Source of the DNA: a virus
Taxonomy: Duplodnaviria > Heunggongvirae > Uroviricota > Caudoviricetes
Strand: one strand, 5' to 3'
IMG/VR virus record: IMGVR_UViG_638341087_000015
Location: 1-51,123 of that record
Length of the DNA: 51,123 nucleotides
The notes below the pieces were generated by a model. It was not told the DNA's origin. It searched no databases and was given only the letters and a program-made list of their open reading frames with translations. Of the stretch, positions 30,454-40,922 are shown piece after piece. Both the position numbers and the translations under genes were made by a program. Position 1 is the stretch's first letter. Each line of letters opens with the position of its first letter.

Positions 30454-31593
30454 ATGGCTGGAAATACCCTGACCGGGTTGATCCCGACTATTTATACCGC
30501 CCTGGATATTGTATCCCGTGAGCAGGTAGGTTTTATCCCTGCGGTAGCAAAAAACGCAAAAGCTGACGCCGCAGCAAAAGATCAGACGGTAACCGCGCCA
30601 GTTGCGCCTGAGGCGAAAACCGAAGATATCGTACCGGGGCCGTCAGCTCCGAATACCGGTGATCAAAATATTGGCACTGTTGATGTGAAAATTACTAAAT
30701 CCAAAATGGCACCGGTTAAATGGAATGGTGAAGAACAACTGGCTCTTGGCCCTTCAGGGACTTACAACACCATTCTGGCTGATCAGTTCAAGCAGGCTTT
30801 TCGCGCCCTTGCAAACGAGGTTGAGGCTGATCTTGGTGCGTTGTATTTCGGTGCTTCCCGCGCCGTGGGAACCGCAGGGACAACGCCGTTTGGTGTTAAA
30901 GATGATCTTTCTGATGCTGCTCTGGCTCGTCAGGTTCTGGAGGATAACGGCGCACCGACAACCGATCTGCAGATGGTGCTTGGCTCCACTGCCATTGCTA
31001 ATTTGCGCGGAAAACAGTCTGTACTGTTTAAAGTGAATGAATCCGGCACTGAACAGCTACTGCGTGAGGGCGTGTTGGGGCGTCTGGAGGGATTCAATAT
31101 TCACAGTTCGGCAGGTGTAAAACGAGCGCCAAAGGTTGCTGCAACTGGTTATCTCGTGAATGGCGAGAAAAAAGAAGGCGATGTTCTTATTTCCATTGAT
31201 ACTGGTTCGGGGAGTATTTCTGCAGGCCAGATTGTTACGTTCGCTGGCGATCCGAATCAGTATGTTGTGGCAGCAGCGACCAGCAATCTGATTACTCTTG
31301 CAGCGCCCGGACTGCGTCAGGATCTGGCCGATGATACTGCAATCACAGTTGTTGGCTCCTTTACTGCAAATATGGCGTTTGATCGCAACGCGTTTCTGCT
31401 GGCATCCCGTACTCCGGCAATGCCGGAAGGTGGCGATAATGCTGATGATGTAATGAATGTTACGGACCCGATTTCAGGGATTACGTTCCAGATTGCACTG
31501 TATCGTCAGTATCGCCAGGTGCGCTATGAAGTTGGACTGGCATGGGGTGTTTCATCAGTGAAGCCGGCACATGGTTGTCTGATTCTTGGTTAA
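30454..31593 (+). CDS. Major capsid protein
   Basis: About 380 aa following the scaffold gene; ATG at 30454 with AAGGA upstream; followed by a terminator. Confidence 0.6.
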   Translation: MAGNTLTGLIPTIYTALDIVSREQVGFIPAVAKNAKADAAAKDQTVTAPVAPEAKTEDIVPGPSAPNTGDQNIGTVDVKITKSKMAPVKWNGEEQLALGPSGTYNTILADQFKQAFRALANEVEADLGALYFGASRAVGTAGTTPFGVKDDLSDAALARQVLEDNGAPTTDLQMVLGSTAIANLRGKQSVLFKVNESGTEQLLREGVLGRLEGFNIHSSAGVKRAPKVAATGYLVNGEKKEGDVLISIDTGSGSISAGQIVTFAGDPNQYVVAAATSNLITLAAPGLRQDLADDTAITVVGSFTANMAFDRNAFLLASRTPAMPEGGDNADDVMNVTDPISGITFQIALYRQYRQVRYEVGLAWGVSSVKPAHGCLILG

Positions 31594-31603
31594 ACATTCA
31601 AAC

Positions 31604-31623
31604 GGGGCTTCGGCCCCATTTTT
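31604..31623 (+). terminator. Intrinsic terminator (UUCG tetraloop) after the major capsid gene
   Basis: ggggc-ttcg-gcccc followed by atttttaa. Confidence 0.55.
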
Positions 31624-31635
31624 AATGGAGGGCAT

Positions 31636-31812
31636 ATGGCCGGATTAACTAAAGAGCAAAGAGCACAGCGTGAAGCCGCACAAAAAACGCAAATTGAGTT
31701 AGTGGTTATGGTGACCGATTATCAGATGTTTCCCGGCGCACCAACTATCGCTAATGTTCATCCTGATGAAGTTGACAACTGGAAGGCTATGGGCTGGAAA
31801 ACTCAGGAGTAA
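31636..31812 (+). CDS. Small hypothetical head-region protein (58 aa)
   Basis: Not in ORF track; GGAGGG RBS; manual translation MAGLTKEQRAQREAAQKTQIELVVMVTDYQMFPGAPTIANVHPDEVDNWKAMGWKTQE. Confidence 0.4.
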   Translation: MAGLTKEQRAQREAAQKTQIELVVMVTDYQMFPGAPTIANVHPDEVDNWKAMGWKTQE

Positions 31813-31815
31813 CAC

Positions 31816-32211
31816 ATGATCACTTACGTGACCTGTGATGACGTTGATAATGCGTTTGGGAACGCCTGGACGAGTGAGAACGCTAAAAATAAAGCTGTTT
31901 TAATGGCTAATGCCTGGCTTAATGGCTTCAACCTGAAAATTAACCCATCCCGTATTCCGGAAGAGGTAAAACTTGCGGGAGCATATGCAGCCAGAATTGC
32001 CTCATTCGGTAAGTTGTTTCAGCAGAAAAATGATTCTGGCGTTGTTATCAGTAAAGCCGTGTCGGCTGACGGGGTCAGTGTATCGAAATCATTTGCTGAA
32101 TTGCCAGCAAACAGCACTGCATTGCTTGAACCCGATTTACAGCTTGCGATAGCACTGCTGAAACCGTACGGACTTAGTCGCTCACAAGTCAGGGTTGTGA
32201 GGGGGGGATGA
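31816..32211 (+). CDS. Head-tail joining / head completion protein (putative)
   Basis: Position in the morphogenesis operon. Confidence 0.4.
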   Translation: MITYVTCDDVDNAFGNAWTSENAKNKAVLMANAWLNGFNLKINPSRIPEEVKLAGAYAARIASFGKLFQQKNDSGVVISKAVSADGVSVSKSFAELPANSTALLEPDLQLAIALLKPYGLSRSQVRVVRGG

Positions 32212-32594
32212 TGGGGCTTCGTGAAGAGATTCAGTCAGAGGTTGCCGCTGCTTTTGATGAGGATTTAGCAGACGCCGTGAGTGATTTTTCTGGTTCTTAC
32301 GTTACGCACCGGAACTGGGATCCTGTGACGGAAACTGGCGGCGAATCTACAGCAACCTATACCGGGCGAGGCGTGTTGACGCGTTATAAGCTGGGCAGAA
32401 TTGATGGGATTAATATTTTGCATGGTGACCTTAAATTAACAGCTCTGGTATGCGAGGTTACGGATAAACCCGCTGTCGGCCATATTATTGAGATTTATGA
32501 TCCTGTATCAAGGCAGTTGCAACGATACGAGGTAATTACAGCGAGTGTAGATCCTTCCGCATCAGTTTACTCAATCCAGTTAAGGAGAGCGTAA
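32208..32594 (+). CDS. Head-tail joining protein (putative)
   Basis: Overlapping start-stop coupling in the morphogenesis operon. Confidence 0.4.
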   Translation: MMGLREEIQSEVAAAFDEDLADAVSDFSGSYVTHRNWDPVTETGGESTATYTGRGVLTRYKLGRIDGINILHGDLKLTALVCEVTDKPAVGHIIEIYDPVSRQLQRYEVITASVDPSASVYSIQLRRA

Positions 32595-32975
32595 ATGGCA
32601 AAGGCATGGGATATCGAACCGTCAATATTTGCCGGGATGATTGAGGAAGATGTGGGGCTGAAAATTCGCTACATCGCTATGCAGATTCTTACTGCTATTG
32701 ATATTGCTGCTCCGGTTGATACCGGACGTTTCAGAAATAACAACCTGGTGTCGTTACAGCATCCCGATGTTGGTATATCTGATAACGTGGATCCGAACGG
32801 TACGATTGCGGTTCAGCGTGGGATCGGGGTTATTTCGAAAGCTGCAAATTACGGAGTTATTTATATCCAGAATAACCTTCCTTATGCAGAGGCTCTTGAA
32901 AACGGTCATTCACAACAAGCGCCAACTGGCGTGTATGCCAACGCTTTTCATGGTGTTTTACAGGCTTACAAATGA
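32595..32975 (+). CDS. Tail component (putative)
   Basis: Position in the morphogenesis operon. Confidence 0.4.
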   Translation: MAKAWDIEPSIFAGMIEEDVGLKIRYIAMQILTAIDIAAPVDTGRFRNNNLVSLQHPDVGISDNVDPNGTIAVQRGIGVISKAANYGVIYIQNNLPYAEALENGHSQQAPTGVYANAFHGVLQAYK

Positions 32976-33364
32976 CGTTTACTGAAATCAGAAATACGGT
33001 TATTTCCAGAATGACGGCACAGACGATTATTGATGGAAAAGACGTATTGTATCCGAACGCGCCAACGTTCGATCCTTCCGGTAAGTTAATCTGGGCGCGG
33101 TTAAGTAATATTCCCGGGCAGGCTGGAGTTAATGAAATTGGCGCGGGGCCGATTGTTTATCGCACGGGGATAATCATTATTCAGTTATTTGTCCCCGCAG
33201 GTTCTGGTTCAAAACTCATTACTGAGACAGCCGATAAATTGCGGGAACTGTTTGAGTTTCAGGATGACGATCGTCTCAGTTACCAGGCTGTTTCCTCAAT
33301 AGCCGTTGGCGAAAAGAATGGCTGGTTCCAGCTTAATCTTCAAATTCCATATCGCGCGCTCTAG
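32972..33364 (+). CDS. Tail completion protein (putative)
   Basis: Position immediately upstream of the major tail protein gene. Confidence 0.4.
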   Translation: MTFTEIRNTVISRMTAQTIIDGKDVLYPNAPTFDPSGKLIWARLSNIPGQAGVNEIGAGPIVYRTGIIIIQLFVPAGSGSKLITETADKLRELFEFQDDDRLSYQAVSSIAVGEKNGWFQLNLQIPYRAL

Positions 33365-33390
33365 CGCAATTAATGACATAGGAGGCTCCT

Positions 33391-34353
33391 GTGAGTTCAG
33401 GTGCAAAGGTTATCTCGGCATTTATCCGGGAGACGGTTGCAGGCACTACGCCAGCAAGTGGTGACTGGAGTTTATTAAAACGCACAAGCTGGGGAGTAAA
33501 ACCCACCCAGAATAAAGGCGAAAATAATGAGATTGGTGGCTCCCGGATGGCTCAGGGGGCGACGCCTGGCACTGTGGATGTCGGCGGTGATGTTGGTACC
33601 AAATTTCGCTGGGGTCAACATGATGATTTTCTTGCATCCTGTTTCGGCGCGGAATGGTCAGGCGATTCTCTGACAATGGGGAATGAGCGAATAACATTTT
33701 CTCTGGCGACCTATGCGTCCGATGTCGGAATTGCCTCTGTCGTCAGAGGAGCGCAGGTTGGCTCATGGAAAATGCAGATCCCTAACGACGGCGATATTAC
33801 AGCGACCGTAACCTTTGCCGGACTGGACTGGGAATCAAAGGCCGATGATACGAATTTTATCAAAGACGAACCTGTGGATAGTGCAGGAAAGCTACGTTAT
33901 TCGTTTAAGGAGGTTTCAGCAGTAAGCCTGAATGGTGTTGCCGGAGGTAACGGTTTTTGTATCGACAGTTTTGATATTCAGTTCGATAACAAACTCCAGA
34001 CACAGCGTTGTATCGGGACTGGCTCGCCTTATGCAGGAGCAAATATTCCGACTACTTTTACACCGTCCGGTACGGTGACGCTTTCATGGTCTAAAGCCGC
34101 GTGGGAAATCTGGAGTAAAACACTGACTGGAGAAACAGTTCCGTTCAGCTTCACGCTTTCGAATGGAGAGGGGGCATACACTTTCAGTTTCCCGAAGGTT
34201 CAGGTGTCAGGTGAATGGCCTGACGGCGGTAATACCGATATTATCCAGGTCCAGTTGAGTATTACCGCTGCTGACGAAGCGCCAACTATCACCAGAAAAA
34301 AAGCTTCCCCGGCTGCAGTGATTGCAAAAGCCAGTGCTGAGTCGATTAGTTGA
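33391..34353 (+). CDS. Major tail protein (putative tail tube)
   Basis: 320-aa ORF directly upstream of the tail assembly chaperone pair. Confidence 0.5.
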   Translation: MSSGAKVISAFIRETVAGTTPASGDWSLLKRTSWGVKPTQNKGENNEIGGSRMAQGATPGTVDVGGDVGTKFRWGQHDDFLASCFGAEWSGDSLTMGNERITFSLATYASDVGIASVVRGAQVGSWKMQIPNDGDITATVTFAGLDWESKADDTNFIKDEPVDSAGKLRYSFKEVSAVSLNGVAGGNGFCIDSFDIQFDNKLQTQRCIGTGSPYAGANIPTTFTPSGTVTLSWSKAAWEIWSKTLTGETVPFSFTLSNGEGAYTFSFPKVQVSGEWPDGGNTDIIQVQLSITAADEAPTITRKKASPAAVIAKASAESIS

Positions 34354-34413
34354 TTTTCCGTTATTCCCCCTGTGGTATTGCGCTACAGGGTGGTGTTTTG
34401 AATGAGGTTATAG

Positions 34414-34965
34414 ATGTTTATTCTTGAACAGAAAACTATCATCGGTGGAGAACGCTGGTTTACGCCAATGAAGGACTTAGAACCTATTGCTGGGTTACAA
34501 CTGTTGGTGGCAAGCAGTGATAATGATCAGTATCGCTCCCGTAATGCATTAATCCGTCGCCACATTGAGAAAATGGATGCCAGTTTGCATGTCGGAACGA
34601 AGGCGTTTGATATTGCAAAGGTCGTCGAGGTGGACTCTGTTGATGATTTACTCATTGATAACGCCGCTCGTTATCTGCTGAAAGACTGGAAAGGGGTTGG
34701 AGAGCTGATAGATGGTGTTGAGGTCGCGCTGGAATATACACCAGAAAGAGGTGCTGAGCTGCTCAAGCAGAATCCAGAGTTGTACTGGCAAATCCTTGCA
34801 GAAGCCGCCAGAATCGCCCAGGGAAAAGAGCAGCAAAAGCAGGATACGATAAAAAAGCCATTGCCGCCCAGCGGTGGATATCGGAGTTCGGGGGAGAAAA
34901 GGGTGAAAAGGCAAGGTGGAAACGAGAAAAGCTCAGGTTGCCGCCGCTCCCGGAGCCAGAAATAG
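34414..34965 (+). CDS. Tail assembly chaperone (lambda G analogue)
   Basis: Immediately upstream of the tape measure gene; contains slippery heptamers near its 3-prime end. Confidence 0.6.
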   Translation: MFILEQKTIIGGERWFTPMKDLEPIAGLQLLVASSDNDQYRSRNALIRRHIEKMDASLHVGTKAFDIAKVVEVDSVDDLLIDNAARYLLKDWKGVGELIDGVEVALEYTPERGAELLKQNPELYWQILAEAARIAQGKEQQKQDTIKKPLPPSGGYRSSGEKRVKRQGGNEKSSGCRRSRSQK

Positions 34966-35171
34966 ACCCGGTTATTAGGGAATTGTTGTACGCCTATTCG
35001 GTGATATCCCGTGCCAGGCGTTATGCTGGAATGGCTGGGGTGCCTTTGCCTTTATCTCTGTCAGAGATAAATGAATATTTAGCCACTCATCCGGTATTGA
35101 TTGAGCGCGATGAATTTGAAGCAGTGATCTTTGCACTGGATGACCAGTATTTTCAGGAGCAGTGTGTGTAG
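34414..35171 (+). CDS. Tail assembly chaperone frameshift product (lambda G-T analogue)
   Basis: -1 shift at 34851..34857 or 34821..34827 joins the chaperone frame to ORF 34938..35171. Confidence 0.45.
34851..34857 (+). other. Programmed -1 ribosomal frameshift slippery heptamer A_AAA_AAG
   Basis: Heptamer in the X_XXY_YYZ register of the chaperone frame; a second candidate G_GGA_AAA lies at 34821..34827; the -1 frame stays open to 35171. Confidence 0.5.
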
Positions 35172-35291
35172 TTGTTAATTACGTACACTCTGTTACAGCG
35201 ATGTGATAGTGTCTTTAATTAAATCGATGATGCTCCTGGAGAAAAGCATTGCGTGGCCTCGTAATCGCTATATCTACTATTATGTCGCCTG

Positions 35292-35317
35292 AAACCCACT
35301 TCGGTGGGTTTTTTTTG
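35292..35317 (+). terminator. Intrinsic terminator-like hairpin (UUCG tetraloop plus T-run) upstream of tape measure
   Basis: aaacccac-ttcg-gtgggttt followed by a T-run, in the 165-bp gap between the chaperone pair and tape measure gene. Confidence 0.5.
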
Positions 35318-35336
35318 TTGTCAGGAGTTTTAATAA

Positions 35337-38300
35337 ATGGCAGAGCAGACCTCACGTCTTGCAATAATTATTGATAGCTCTGGAGCGAAAAATAATGCTG
35401 ATAATCTGACCTCATCATTAGTCAAAATGACGCAGGCCGGGGAAACTGCTGCAAATAGCGCAGGGAAAGTGACTAAGGCAACAGAAGACGAGAAGAACGC
35501 GCTCGCAAAATTAAAAGCAGCTATTGATCCAGTTGGTGCCGCAATTGATACTGTCGGTCGACGCTATTCTGAATTAAAGAAATATTTCGATAAAGGGCTT
35601 ATTGATAAAGAAGAATATGAATTTCTTGCCCGTAAACTTAATGAAACCACAGAGGAATTGAGCGGGGTTGCGCAAGCGCAGAGAGAGGCCGAGAAGGCCG
35701 GAAAACTTGCTGCCGCCCAGCAGGAAGCGCAGGCTCAGGCCTTTCAAAGAATGCTGGACAAGATCGACCCTCTGGCTGCGGCGCTAAGAAATCTTGATCA
35801 ACAGCAGGATGAACTTAATGCTGCACTTTTTTCCGGGAAAATAAATGGCTCTCAGTTTGATAATTACAGCCGAAAAATACAGGAAACGCGGCGAGAGCTA
35901 ACAGGAGAGGCTCAGGCAGAACGAGAAGCAGCAAAAGCGCATGATGAACAAGTTGCTGCTTTGCAACGTCTGATTGCTCAACTCGATCCTGTTGGAACAG
36001 CTTTTAACCGCCTGACAGAGCAGCAAAAGCAACTCAGCGAAGCAAAAGCCAAGGGGATGCTTTCTCCTGAAATGTATGAGGAGCTTTCAGGAAAACTCCA
36101 TGCTATGCGGAGTGAGCTTGAGGCTACTCAATCGCAACTCAGCAAAACCGGAATGTCAGCAAAACAAACAGCTTTTGCTATGCGCATGTTGCCTGCACAA
36201 ATGACGGATATTGTTGTTGGGTTGTCCACTGGTCAGTCGCCATTTATGGTGTTAATGCAGCAGGGCGGCCAGCTAAAAGATATGTTCGGTGGGATTGGCC
36301 CGGCGATCAAAGGTGTTGGTTCTTATGTGCTGGGATTAATTAATCCTTTTACCCTGGCCGCAGCAGCCGTTGGCGCCTTGGGGCTAGCTTACTATAAAGG
36401 TTCTCAGGAGCAGGACGAATTTAATAAATCTCTTATTCTTACCGGAAATCAGTTGGGGACAACCAGCGGGCAATTAGCCGATATAGCTCAACGTGCCGGG
36501 GATGCTGCTGATTCGACAACTGGCGCTGCGGCGGCAGTATTAAACCAGCTTGTGCGTTCGGGAAAGGTCGCGAGCAGTTCGCTGGAGCAGGTGACGACAG
36601 CGATAGTAAAAACGAGCGAATTAACTGGAATATCGACCGATCAACTGGTTAATAATTTCAATGAAATTGCAAAGGATCCTGTCAGTGCCATATCAAAACT
36701 TAATGATCAGTACCATTTTCTGACACTGGCGACTTATAACCAGATTAAGGCGCTACAGGATGAAGGGAACCAGCAGGAGGCGGCTAGGGTAGCTTCTGAC
36801 GTTTATTCTCAGGCTTTACAGCAGCGTACATCAGAAATCCAGCAAAATCTTGGGCTTCTTGAAAAAGCCTGGGATGGTTTAGCTGGTACAGCGAAAAAAG
36901 CTTGGGATGCAATGCTTGATGTTGGTCGTGTGTCTGGTGGAAATGAGCGTATCACTCAAATCCGCAAGGAGCTTGATTGGATTGATAACGCTGTCGGTGG
37001 AAAAACTGTTTTTGCCTCACGTCGAAAAGAGCTTGAGCAAGAGTTAAACATTCTTCAGCTAACTATGGCGGCTCAGGCAGATATTACTGGGGCCATTTCT
37101 GCAGCAAGTAAAGCTGAGCAAGAACGAATTCAGACTCAACAGGAGGCCGATCGTGTTAACCAACAGTATCTGACTAATGCAGAAAAAAGAAGTAAAGCAA
37201 TCAGGCAGCAGAAGAAGTTTTTGGATGCAGGGGCTATTAGTGAAGAGCAATATAATAATAATATTTCTCGCATTAATGAATTATATAAAGATCCAAAATC
37301 ACCAAAAACACGGAATTATTCAGATGATGCCGCCCAACGAATGATTGACCATCTGAATCAACAGAATGCGTTACTAAGTTCACAAGCTGAATTGACAGTT
37401 AAATTAAGTTCCTCTGAGCAGGAACTGGTTAAGTGGCGCCAGCAAATAGTCGATCTTGAATCTCGTCCGACATCAAAATTAACTAAGGATCAGAAATCGC
37501 TTCTCTTACACCGGGAAGAAATAACCGCGTTGATGGAGAAAAATGTTGCGATTGAAAAAAATAACAGGCTAATCAAGGAGTCAGCCGAAATAGCCGCATG
37601 GCGTAGTTCATTGCAGGCTTCTATTGATAATCATCAGCAGGGGTATGACATTCAGATCGCTGGTTATGGACTTGGCGATAAAAATCAGCAACGTCAGCAG
37701 GAATTACTGCGGATTGAACGTGAATATAACAACCGGCGTCTGCAACTTGAACGTGACTATGCGGATAAATCTCGTGGAATGTCTGAACGTGTTTTTCAGG
37801 AAAAAATACAGGCCCTGAATGATGCTGTGGAGCGGGAAAAAGAAATTATCAGGCAGAAAAATGAGCAGCTCGATATTCAGGCTGGAGACTGGGTAAGTGG
37901 GGCGTCCCAAGGATTCAATAACTGGTTGGATAACACTAAGGATATCAGCGGGCAGATAAAATCAACCACGACTCAGATGTTTGATGGGATGACAGATGCG
38001 CTTGGTGATTTTGTCACGACAGGTAAGGCAAATTTTCGTTCTTTCGCTACCTCCGTGATTTCAGATCTTAGCAGAATAGCATTAAAGGCTTCAATTACCG
38101 GGATTTTCGACAGCATTAGCAACAGTTCTTCTGGGGGAATTTTAGGAACTATCGGAAGTGCTGTTAGTAAATTTATTCCTAATGCAAAGGGCGGTATTTA
38201 TGAGTCTCCATCATTGAGTACATATTCAAACGGTATTTATGATTCCCCGCAATTTTTTGCTTTTGCAAAAGGTGCTGGTGTTTTTGGTGAGGCTGGACCG

Positions 38301-38546
38301 GAAGCTATTATGCCATTAACACGAACTTCCGATGGTTCTCTTGGTGTCAGGGCGATTAATAATAAAGACGGTAATGGAGGCGGAGACATTAATTACTCTC
38401 CTGTATATCAAATTACTATCAAAAATGACGGACAGAATGGAGAGATTGGCCCTCAGGCAATTAGAACACTTATGGGAATGGTTGATCAGCGAGTGCAGGG
38501 CACTCTGTTAAATATGCGACGTGATGGAGGAATATTAAGTGGCTGA
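35337..38546 (+). CDS. Tail tape measure protein (1069 aa)
   Basis: Very long alpha-helical, Ala/Gln-rich protein after the chaperone pair; CAGGAG RBS. Confidence 0.85.
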   Translation: MAEQTSRLAIIIDSSGAKNNADNLTSSLVKMTQAGETAANSAGKVTKATEDEKNALAKLKAAIDPVGAAIDTVGRRYSELKKYFDKGLIDKEEYEFLARKLNETTEELSGVAQAQREAEKAGKLAAAQQEAQAQAFQRMLDKIDPLAAALRNLDQQQDELNAALFSGKINGSQFDNYSRKIQETRRELTGEAQAEREAAKAHDEQVAALQRLIAQLDPVGTAFNRLTEQQKQLSEAKAKGMLSPEMYEELSGKLHAMRSELEATQSQLSKTGMSAKQTAFAMRMLPAQMTDIVVGLSTGQSPFMVLMQQGGQLKDMFGGIGPAIKGVGSYVLGLINPFTLAAAAVGALGLAYYKGSQEQDEFNKSLILTGNQLGTTSGQLADIAQRAGDAADSTTGAAAAVLNQLVRSGKVASSSLEQVTTAIVKTSELTGISTDQLVNNFNEIAKDPVSAISKLNDQYHFLTLATYNQIKALQDEGNQQEAARVASDVYSQALQQRTSEIQQNLGLLEKAWDGLAGTAKKAWDAMLDVGRVSGGNERITQIRKELDWIDNAVGGKTVFASRRKELEQELNILQLTMAAQADITGAISAASKAEQERIQTQQEADRVNQQYLTNAEKRSKAIRQQKKFLDAGAISEEQYNNNISRINELYKDPKSPKTRNYSDDAAQRMIDHLNQQNALLSSQAELTVKLSSSEQELVKWRQQIVDLESRPTSKLTKDQKSLLLHREEITALMEKNVAIEKNNRLIKESAEIAAWRSSLQASIDNHQQGYDIQIAGYGLGDKNQQRQQELLRIEREYNNRRLQLERDYADKSRGMSERVFQEKIQALNDAVEREKEIIRQKNEQLDIQAGDWVSGASQGFNNWLDNTKDISGQIKSTTTQMFDGMTDALGDFVTTGKANFRSFATSVISDLSRIALKASITGIFDSISNSSSGGILGTIGSAVSKFIPNAKGGIYESPSLSTYSNGIYDSPQFFAFAKGAGVFGEAGPEAIMPLTRTSDGSLGVRAINNKDGNGGGDINYSPVYQITIKNDGQNGEIGPQAIRTLMGMVDQRVQGTLLNMRRDGGILSG

Positions 38547-38871
38547 AGAATTCCACTGGTTACCAGAGGATGGAATGAAAACAGAAAATAAACCATCGAT
38601 AAAAACTGTAAGATTTGGCGATGGTTATGAGCAACGAAGTCCAAATGGACTTAATCATGCTCTACGTGTTTTCACCTGTGATTTCAAGGTTGAGGCGAAT
38701 GAACGTGATTCATTCGAAAATTTTTTAGCACGGCATGAAGGCTATAAATCTTTTTTTTGGCGTCCACCGGGTGTTAACAGAAAAATCAGAGTGGTGTGTC
38801 GAACGTGGTCAGCTACAGAACATATCACCTATACCGATTTTTCGTGTCAGTTTGATGAAGTGGTGATCTGA
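38539..38871 (+). CDS. Minor tail protein M (lambda-like)
   Basis: 110 aa; [12 protein letters not shown]...FFWRPP motifs as in lambda gpM; overlaps the tape measure stop. Confidence 0.8.
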   Translation: MAEEFHWLPEDGMKTENKPSIKTVRFGDGYEQRSPNGLNHALRVFTCDFKVEANERDSFENFLARHEGYKSFFWRPPGVNRKIRVVCRTWSATEHITYTDFSCQFDEVVI

Positions 38872-39569
38872 TGCAGGATATCCGGCAGGAAACACTGAAT
38901 GAGTGTACAAAAGCGGAGCAATCCGCGCTGGTCGTGCTCTGGGAAGTCGATCTGACAGAGGTCGGCGGAGAGCGTTATTTTTTCTGTAATGAGCAGAACG
39001 AAAAAGGCGAACCAGTCACCTGGCAGGGGCGGCAGTATCAGGCCTATCCAATTCAGGGGACGGGATTTGAACTGAACGGCAAGGGCAGTGCTGCCCGTCC
39101 GACACTGACTGTGTCTAACCTTTACGGCCTGATCACCGGGATGGTGGAAGATTTGCAGAGTCTGGTCGGCGGAACGGTGGTCAGGCGTAAGGTTTACGCC
39201 CGTTTTCTGGATGCGGTGAACTTCGTCAACGGAAACATCGAGGCAGACCCGGAGCAGGAGGCGATCAGCCGCTGGCGCATCGAGCAGTGCAGCGAACTGA
39301 GCGCAGTCAGTGCCTCTTTTGTACTGGCCACGCCGACGGAAACGGATGGCGCTGTTTTTCCGGGGCGCACCATGCTGGCCAACACCTGTACCTGGACCTA
39401 TCGCGGTGATGAGTGCGGTTATCACGGTCCGGCGGTCGCGGATGAATATGACCAGCCGACATCCGATATCACGAAGGATAAATGCAGCAAATGCCTGAGC
39501 GGCTGTAAGTTTCGCAATAACCTCGGCAACTTTGGCGGTTACCTTTCCATCAACAAACTTTCGCAGTAA
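38871..39569 (+). CDS. Minor tail protein L (lambda-like)
   Basis: 232 aa, follows M with start overlapping its stop. Confidence 0.8.
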   Translation: MQDIRQETLNECTKAEQSALVVLWEVDLTEVGGERYFFCNEQNEKGEPVTWQGRQYQAYPIQGTGFELNGKGSAARPTLTVSNLYGLITGMVEDLQSLVGGTVVRRKVYARFLDAVNFVNGNIEADPEQEAISRWRIEQCSELSAVSASFVLATPTETDGAVFPGRTMLANTCTWTYRGDECGYHGPAVADEYDQPTSDITKDKCSKCLSGCKFRNNLGNFGGYLSINKLSQ

Positions 39570-39573
39570 ATCC

Positions 39574-40317
39574 ATGACACAGACAGATTCAGCGATTCTG
39601 GCGCACGCCCGGCGATGTGCGCCAGCGGAGTCGTGCGGCTTCGTGGTGAGAACGCCTGAGGGGGAAAGATATATTCCCTGCGTGAATATCTCCGGTGAGC
39701 CGGAGGAGTATTTCAGGCTGTCGCCGGAGGACTGGCTGCAGGCAGAAATGCAGGGTGAGATTGTGGCGCTGGTCCACAGCCACCCCGGTGGCCTGCCCTG
39801 GCTGAGTGAGGCTGACCGGCGGCTGCAGGTGCAGAGTGATTTGCCATGGTGGCTGGTCTGCCGGGGGGCGATTCACAAGTTCCGCTGTGTGCCACATCTT
39901 ACCGGGCGGCGCTTTGAACACGGGGTGACGGACTGTTACACGCTGTTCCGGGACGCTTACCATCTGGCGGGAATTGAGATGCCGGATTTTCATCGTGAGG
40001 ATGACTGGTGGCGTAACGGCCAGAATCTCTATCTGGATAATCTGGAGGCCACAGGGCTGTATCAGGTGCCGTTGTCAGCGGCGCAGCCGGGCGATGTGCT
40101 GCTGTGCTGTTTTGGTTCATCGGTGCCGAATCATGCCGCCATTTACTGTGGTGACGGCGAGCTGCTGCACCATATTCCTGAACAACTGAGCAAACGAGAG
40201 AGGTATACCGACAAATGGCAGCGACGCACACACTCCCTCTGGCGTCATCGGGCATGGCACGCATCTGCCTTTACGGGGATTTACAACGATTTGGCCGGCG
40301 CATCGACCTTCGTGTGA
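39574..40317 (+). CDS. Tail assembly protein K (lambda-like)
   Basis: HSHP metal-binding motif and Cys/His hydrolase-like C-terminus; alternative start at 39532. Confidence 0.7.
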   Translation: MTQTDSAILAHARRCAPAESCGFVVRTPEGERYIPCVNISGEPEEYFRLSPEDWLQAEMQGEIVALVHSHPGGLPWLSEADRRLQVQSDLPWWLVCRGAIHKFRCVPHLTGRRFEHGVTDCYTLFRDAYHLAGIEMPDFHREDDWWRNGQNLYLDNLEATGLYQVPLSAAQPGDVLLCCFGSSVPNHAAIYCGDGELLHHIPEQLSKRERYTDKWQRRTHSLWRHRAWHASAFTGIYNDLAGASTFV

Positions 40318-40862
40318 AAACGGGGGCTGAAGCCATCCGGGCACTGGCCACACAGCTCCCGGCGTTTCGTCAGAAACTGAGCGACGGCTGGTATCAGGTA
40401 CGCATTGCCGGGCGTGATGCAGGTGAAACTGAATTATCAGCCCGTCTTAATGAACCGCTGGCAAATGGTGCCGTGATCCACATTGTGCCGCGTCTGGCGG
40501 GAGCCAAAAGTGGCGGTCTTTTTCAGGCGGTGCTGGGGGCGGCGCTGATTGCGGTGGCATGGTGGAACCCCGCAGGTTGGTTGGGGGCTGCCGCAATTAC
40601 AGGAATGTATGGTGCGGGGGCCAGTATGATCCTTGGCGGTGTGGCCCAGATGCTGGCCCCTAAACCCAGAACTCCCCGCACACAGACAACGGATAACGGT
40701 AAGCAGAACACGTATTTCTCGTCACTGGACAACATGGTTGCCCAGGGCAATGTTCTGCCTGTTCTGTACGGTGAAATGCGCGTGGGGTCACGGGTGGTTT
40801 CTCAGGAGATCAGCACGGCAGACGAGGGGGATGGTGGTCAGGTTGTGGTGATTGGTCGCTGA
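40215..40862 (+). CDS. Tail assembly protein I (lambda-like)
   Basis: Overlaps K by about 100 nt as in lambda; Gly/Ala-rich hydrophobic C-terminus. Confidence 0.7.
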   Translation: MAATHTLPLASSGMARICLYGDLQRFGRRIDLRVKTGAEAIRALATQLPAFRQKLSDGWYQVRIAGRDAGETELSARLNEPLANGAVIHIVPRLAGAKSGGLFQAVLGAALIAVAWWNPAGWLGAAAITGMYGAGASMILGGVAQMLAPKPRTPRTQTTDNGKQNTYFSSLDNMVAQGNVLPVLYGEMRVGSRVVSQEISTADEGDGGQVVVIGR

Positions 40863-40922
40863 TGGAACATGTTTTATGTGAAACCGCCTGCGGGCGGTTT
40901 TGTCGTTTATGGAGCATGAGGA

